From the IMG/VR virus record IMGVR_UViG_3300028196_001171: a stretch of 64,000 bases of DNA; one strand, written 5' to 3'. This document shows positions 59,369 to 64,000 of the stretch, in pieces. The notes beneath the pieces are model-generated. The model was given only the letters and a program-made list of their open reading frames with translations, did no database searches and had not been told where the DNA came from. Position 1 is the stretch's first letter; every line of letters begins with the position of its first letter. The position numbers were made by a program, and so were the translations under genes. This DNA is from an uncultured virus (IMG/VR IMGVR_UViG_3300028196_001171) (lineage: Duplodnaviria > Heunggongvirae > Uroviricota > Caudoviricetes).

Positions 59369-60043
59369 ATGTCAACAATAGCAGAAGTAGTATCAAGAGT
59401 AAGGGGTCAAGTCAAAGCAGAAGTACAAGACGCATTTATTACAGACAGATATATTTATAGTTTGATAGAAAAGTTTGCTCAAATATTAATGAGAAGACAA
59501 GATTATGCAAACAAATTAATGAAGTTTAATTCAGTATGGAAAGCTTTACCATATGTAGAATTAATAGAAGTAGATAAAGTAGAGGCTGGTTGTTCTGGAG
59601 TAACAAGTGGTTGTACAATAAAAAGAACAAAACATAGATTACCTTCAATGATAGAAGGTTACTGGGGGCCACTAATACGTACCGTAAGTTCAATAGATGG
59701 TTCACAAGAGTTACAAGCAACTCAACCGGGTACATATACTTCAATGACTAAAACAACCACATTCAAATATAATAAAACATTATATTTTTGGTGGTTAGAT
59801 GGATATATATATTCTCCTAGCATTGAGTGGGATGCATTAAAATTAGAAGGGGTATTTAATTCAGACATCACAAGATGGAATTGTGATTTAGAAGATGACT
59901 GTACACCTAGATATGAACAACCAATATATATTCCAGAAGCACTTTTTGCAGAAATAGAAGGTCAAGTTATTCAGACAATGATTGGGTCAATGCAAATACC
60001 TTCAGAAGATTCAGATAATAAACGTAATATACATAGACAATAA
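59369..60043 (+). CDS. Putative tail ring protein
   Basis: VELIEVD...C...KRTKHRLP...YFWWLDGYIY; position before the muzzle gene. Confidence 0.6.
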   Translation: MSTIAEVVSRVRGQVKAEVQDAFITDRYIYSLIEKFAQILMRRQDYANKLMKFNSVWKALPYVELIEVDKVEAGCSGVTSGCTIKRTKHRLPSMIEGYWGPLIRTVSSIDGSQELQATQPGTYTSMTKTTTFKYNKTLYFWWLDGYIYSPSIEWDALKLEGVFNSDITRWNCDLEDDCTPRYEQPIYIPEALFAEIEGQVIQTMIGSMQIPSEDSDNKRNIHRQ

Positions 60044-60996
60044 TGGGTGTATCAAATAAATACAGAACGTTTAGTCAATTAATGGAAGATGTCTCCATTG
60101 ACTTTTCTAATTATGCATTAGAGGGAATGATTGAACCACAACAATTAATTAAAGTTGCAACTAGAGTAAACTATGATTTAGGTTTAAGAATACATAGAAC
60201 GAAAGAAGTTGTTTTAGATATTGAACATGGTAAAGCTCAACTACCATCTGATTTTGCATTTGTAAATTATGCATTTAGATGTGGCTCTTATGTAATTAAT
60301 AATAGCATGCCTTCAGGTACACACGTTGAAACATTTAATGATGTACCCTACGTTCCAGCACCAACTGATGCAGCACCTTGTGAAGATGGTGAAAATTGCA
60401 AAGATGTATGTGTTGTTAAAACATGCAATGATAAAAATGAGTATCAACTTGTTCAACGAGTTGGCCCATCTCAATACAGACAATTTAGTAGTTGGACTCA
60501 GCTTAGAATACAAAATGTAAATGATCCAACATGTTTTTGCCCTGCATTAGGAGCACAAGCTTTAGATGTTGCTGAAATAAAAGACGGTTATATGATAACT
60601 ACATTTAAGACAGGTAAGGTTTATATAAGTTATCAAGGAGCAATGGAAGACGCTAATGGGGATTTACTTGTTTTAGATCACCCTTACTGTAATGAGTATT
60701 ATGAGTATGCAGTAAAACAAAGGATTTTAGAAAATATGCTATGGCAAGGAGAAAACGTTTCACAACAAATAGGTTTTGTTGAGGGTAAGCTTAGAGCAGC
60801 AAGAAATAATGCACTTGGTTTTGTTAACACTCCAGATTTTGCTGAGATGAGAAAAGTATGGACAATGAATAGAAGAGCTCAATATCATAATTATTATAAT
60901 ATGTTTTTAAGTTATGCTCCTGCAAATCCTCAAGTATCTGGACCAGCAGTAATAAACAGTAATGGTACATCTGCTACTACAACTGGATATAATTAA
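60043..60996 (+). CDS. Putative tail ring/tubular protein
   Basis: GKAQLPSDF...GYMITTFKTGKVYISY. Confidence 0.6.
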   Translation: MGVSNKYRTFSQLMEDVSIDFSNYALEGMIEPQQLIKVATRVNYDLGLRIHRTKEVVLDIEHGKAQLPSDFAFVNYAFRCGSYVINNSMPSGTHVETFNDVPYVPAPTDAAPCEDGENCKDVCVVKTCNDKNEYQLVQRVGPSQYRQFSSWTQLRIQNVNDPTCFCPALGAQALDVAEIKDGYMITTFKTGKVYISYQGAMEDANGDLLVLDHPYCNEYYEYAVKQRILENMLWQGENVSQQIGFVEGKLRAARNNALGFVNTPDFAEMRKVWTMNRRAQYHNYYNMFLSYAPANPQVSGPAVINSNGTSATTTGYN

Positions 60997-61016
60997 TAAA
61001 ATATATTTAACTAGTT

Positions 61017-64000
61017 ATGGCAAAGAAGAAGTCTACATCAAAAGCTAAAGCAACACAAGCATCATCTCAAAGTAGTTCTAGTGTAAATACTAATATGTTT
61101 ACCAAAGGAATGAATAAAGATGTAACACCATCTTTTGAAAAAAATGATACTTGGTACCATGCTATTAATGCAGCAAATAATAGTTCAGATGGTGATCTAG
61201 GTATTATTGGTAATGAGCCAGCTAATTTACAATGTGGTGTTATACCTTATACTATTATAGGTGCTATACATAGATATGGTGATGAGTGGATTGTATATTC
61301 TACAGATAATATTAGTTCAGAAATAGGAAGATTTGATGATAGTGAATGTAAGTATGAGACAATAGTTAATGATCCATGTTTAAATTTTAATAAAAAGTTT
61401 TTAGTTAGCGGTGCAGCAAAAGAAAATTTTGACTGCTCTTGGCAAGTGTATTGGGATGATGGTAACAATCCATCACGCTCAATGAATATAGATGATGTTC
61501 CTTACATACAAGATATAGTATCAGCTCCTGGTGATCCGTGTATTATTTACGAGGATACTTCTTTTTTAGATTGTGAAAAAATAAGATTACACCCTCTAGT
61601 AGATACACCTTGTCTTAAACTTACTAAAGCAACTGATGGAGGTACTATTATAAACGGAGCTTATCAAGCTTATATAGCTTATACTGAGAATGATCAAGTT
61701 ATATCAGACTACATAGGAATATCAAACATTCAGACTATATGGTCACATAGAGGTAGTAATGGATCACTTGATTTAGAAATTGATGGTCTAGATAAAGATT
61801 ACTTTTATTTTGATTTAGTATTGCTCATAAGACAACAAGGGCAAATATTTACAAAACTTGTAGGTAACTATAGCACTGAGTCAAAACATATAAATATAGA
61901 CTATATAGATGATTCACTTATATCTATACCTATACAAGAAATATTCAGACAGTCTCCAGCATATGAAAAATCAGAGGCAATGTACGTTGTTAATGATTAT
62001 CTTATAAGACAAGGTCCAACTGAACAATTTGATTTTAATTACCAACCCATTGCAAATAATATAAAAACCAATTGGGTTATTAATGAGGTAACTAATGATT
62101 ACTATATAAACTCAGGTAATAAATTAGGATACATGCGAGATGAGCAGTATGCATTTTTTATTAGATGGATATATAACACAGGTGAAAGATCTTCGTCATA
62201 TCATATACCAGGTAGAGCATCTAAGGATTATACATTACCAAATGGAGATATTAAAAATGAAAGAGATATAATATCTGGTCCTAATACATTAGATCCTGCA
62301 GGAGATCCTTTATTTAAAGTTTATAACACAAGTACCGTAGGTGCTTTAGTTAGTGAACAACAAGAAGATGGATCAACAATAATAGCTAGGGGAGAAATGG
62401 CTTATTGGCAATCTACAGAAAAGTATCCTGATAAGCAACCTGAAATATGGAATTCAAGCTCACATACTTGGTCAAATGAATTTGATCCAGGTGCAGACTT
62501 ATGCGGTGAATTTATTAGGCACCATAAAATGCCTAATGAAATGATTAACCCTGTACTAGGTTTAACAGATGGCACAGATACAGGTATATACATATTAGGT
62601 GTAGAATTTTCAAATATAAAAAGACCTGTATATAATGATGGTAGTCCTATTACAAATATAGTAGGTTATGAATTACTCAGAGGATCTAGATTAGGGAATA
62701 GAACTATACTTGCTAAAGGAATGTTCAAAAACATGCGTGAGTATGATTTGCCAGATACTGAAAATTTAATTGGTGATGCTCAAGGTTTATATCCTAATTA
62801 CCCTTTTAATGATTTAAGACCTGATGTGTTTCATACAACAGTTAGAAAAACAAAAGGTTGTGATAATGGTGGTCCATTTTCTGGTTCTGCAATTAGTGAT
62901 TTTCCACCTCTATCAGGTTTTAGAGAAGATGTTTTTACATTTCATTCTCCAGACTTAATGTTTACTAAGCCATATTTAAATGCATATGAAACAGTATTCT
63001 ATGGTAAGATAACCGGAGAATCATCAGGTTACTTTAAACCATCAGAAAAGCACCCTCAGTTTAAATTACTAAGAAATATTAGTGCTATAATTAGTGCATT
63101 AATAGGTGTAGGTTATGCTTTAAGAAATATTAATGGTACACCAGACACTAAAGCATTGCCAGTTCAGGGTATAAACAATGCATACCCTGAATGGAAGATT
63201 GAGGAAAGAGGTGGAGGTGGTGGAACTTGGAATGACTTTGCAACGGCTGCATCTCCAGGAGGTGTTGCAACTGCTAGCACAACAGGTAATATTAGCAGTC
63301 ATAAGGGTGGTGATGGTGATAATAGTGTAAAAGGTGGTGGTGCACATACATTAGCTAATGATGCTATTAATAGCTATGTGAATAGTCAAGGTGGTGGCCT
63401 TGGAGGCTGGTTAGGTGGTCTTATGGATTTGTTTACTGGTGGTATTCAAGATGTAGCAGATTTAACCGGGTTTGGAGACAGTACAAAAGAAAGACTAAAT
63501 CAGTTGGCTATAGATAACATGTCAGATACTGGTTCTACTGCTAATGGTGGTCTTATGGGTGGTGGTTCTCAAGAAGGAGTAACATTAGATACTTCAGAAT
63601 CAAACCTGGGAAATTTATTTAAAAAAGCTTTTGGTTTTGCATTACTCCAAAAAAATATTGCAGTTGGAGGTCAAGAAATAATAGATTTATTATATAACCT
63701 AAATTCTTTTCAGGAACATGTTTTAAAATATAATTCATATGGTTTCTATAATGATTTTAATGCCCATCCTTTAAACATAACATTTAGAACATTAAATGAA
63801 GCAGCTAATTATATAGGCTCTTCATTCCAAACATTTGATCAAAATAAATATAAAATAAATAATTTATTTAGACCTACTACTGTAGCAATTTCAACTAAAG
63901 ATAATATATCTTCAAACTATGGTGTAGAAGATAAATCTAGATTTGCTTTAGGTGGATTCTTTAATAGTAATGGTTCTGCATCAACACCAAATTGGCAGAG
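61017..64000 (+). CDS. Tail stabilization/muzzle protein (partial, runs off the window)
   Basis: Not in the ORF track (no stop in window); MAKKK...FTKGMNKD...GNEP; YMRDEQYAFFIRWIYNTGERSSSYHIPGR, as in crAss-like stabilization proteins. Confidence 0.75.
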   Translation, partial: MAKKKSTSKAKATQASSQSSSSVNTNMFTKGMNKDVTPSFEKNDTWYHAINAANNSSDGDLGIIGNEPANLQCGVIPYTIIGAIHRYGDEWIVYSTDNISSEIGRFDDSECKYETIVNDPCLNFNKKFLVSGAAKENFDCSWQVYWDDGNNPSRSMNIDDVPYIQDIVSAPGDPCIIYEDTSFLDCEKIRLHPLVDTPCLKLTKATDGGTIINGAYQAYIAYTENDQVISDYIGISNIQTIWSHRGSNGSLDLEIDGLDKDYFYFDLVLLIRQQGQIFTKLVGNYSTESKHINIDYIDDSLISIPIQEIFRQSPAYEKSEAMYVVNDYLIRQGPTEQFDFNYQPIANNIKTNWVINEVTNDYYINSGNKLGYMRDEQYAFFIRWIYNTGERSSSYHIPGRASKDYTLPNGDIKNERDIISGPNTLDPAGDPLFKVYNTSTVGALVSEQQEDGSTIIARGEMAYWQSTEKYPDKQPEIWNSSSHTWSNEFDPGADLCGEFIRHHKMPNEMINPVLGLTDGTDTGIYILGVEFSNIKRPVYNDGSPITNIVGYELLRGSRLGNRTILAKGMFKNMREYDLPDTENLIGDAQGLYPNYPFNDLRPDVFHTTVRKTKGCDNGGPFSGSAISDFPPLSGFREDVFTFHSPDLMFTKPYLNAYETVFYGKITGESSGYFKPSEKHPQFKLLRNISAIISALIGVGYALRNINGTPDTKALPVQGINNAYPEWKIEERGGGGGTWNDFATAASPGGVATASTTGNISSHKGGDGDNSVKGGGAHTLANDAINSYVNSQGGGLGGWLGGLMDLFTGGIQDVADLTGFGDSTKERLNQLAIDNMSDTGSTANGGLMGGGSQEGVTLDTSESNLGNLFKKAFGFALLQKNIAVGGQEIIDLLYNLNSFQEHVLKYNSYGFYNDFNAHPLNITFRTLNEAANYIGSSFQTFDQNKYKINNLFRPTTVAISTKDNISSNYGVEDKSRFALGGFFNSNGSASTPNWQ

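Noticed and set aside
548..63347. Many 60-140 aa antisense or overlapping ORFs in the track (e.g. 548..808, 10592..11005, 36344..36772, 57434..57676)
   Set aside because: They lie opposite or inside well-supported genes and lack recognisable motifs
1..64000. Stop-codon reassignment (TAG/TGA), as in some crAss-like phages
   Set aside because: Long genes (PolB, TerL, portal, MCP, fibres) are intact under the standard code, and TAG/TGA act as real stops at tight gene junctions
1..64000. CRISPR array, integrase or transposase
   Set aside because: No regularly spaced repeats or recombinase/transposase motifs found

Overview
About 64 kb of an AT-rich, crAss-like (Crassvirales-related) podophage genome that probably infects an environmental Bacteroidetes/Flavobacteriia host. 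The host inference rests on TAnnTTTG promoters, A-rich leaders without Shine-Dalgarno sites, and Bacteroidetes-type lipoprotein signals. Two gene blocks diverge from about 25.3-25.5 kb. The minus-strand block (1-25.3 kb) holds early, replication and repair genes: an SplB-like radical SAM lyase, MazG, PolB, a PD-(D/E)XK nuclease, a MoxR AAA+/VWA-peptidase module, RusA, primase, SSB, a Sak4-like ATPase, DnaB, a DnaA-C HTH protein, UDG, an SF2 helicase, three abutting tRNAs and a membrane/lipoprotein cassette. The plus-strand block (25.5-64 kb) holds late genes: small basic proteins, an amidase, HU-like proteins, GroES, TerL, portal, scaffold, MCP, Cys-rich structural proteins, modular and collagen fibres, a VWA adhesin, a phosphoesterase and ring/muzzle proteins. 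The standard genetic code fits, and I found no CRISPR array, integrase or reverse transcriptase. The most notable signal is a small structured RNA at 57.4 kb whose 12-nt loop is the exact complement of the scaffold-gene leader and shares a core with an AAAACCAA motif in six other leaders. Other signals are a 10-bp-phased GTGG triplet resembling an MraZ operator, a phage-specific late promoter motif, zero-spacer tRNAs, and fibre repeats conserved in protein but heavily diverged at synonymous sites. All calls come from motif recognition by eye; no database searches were run.
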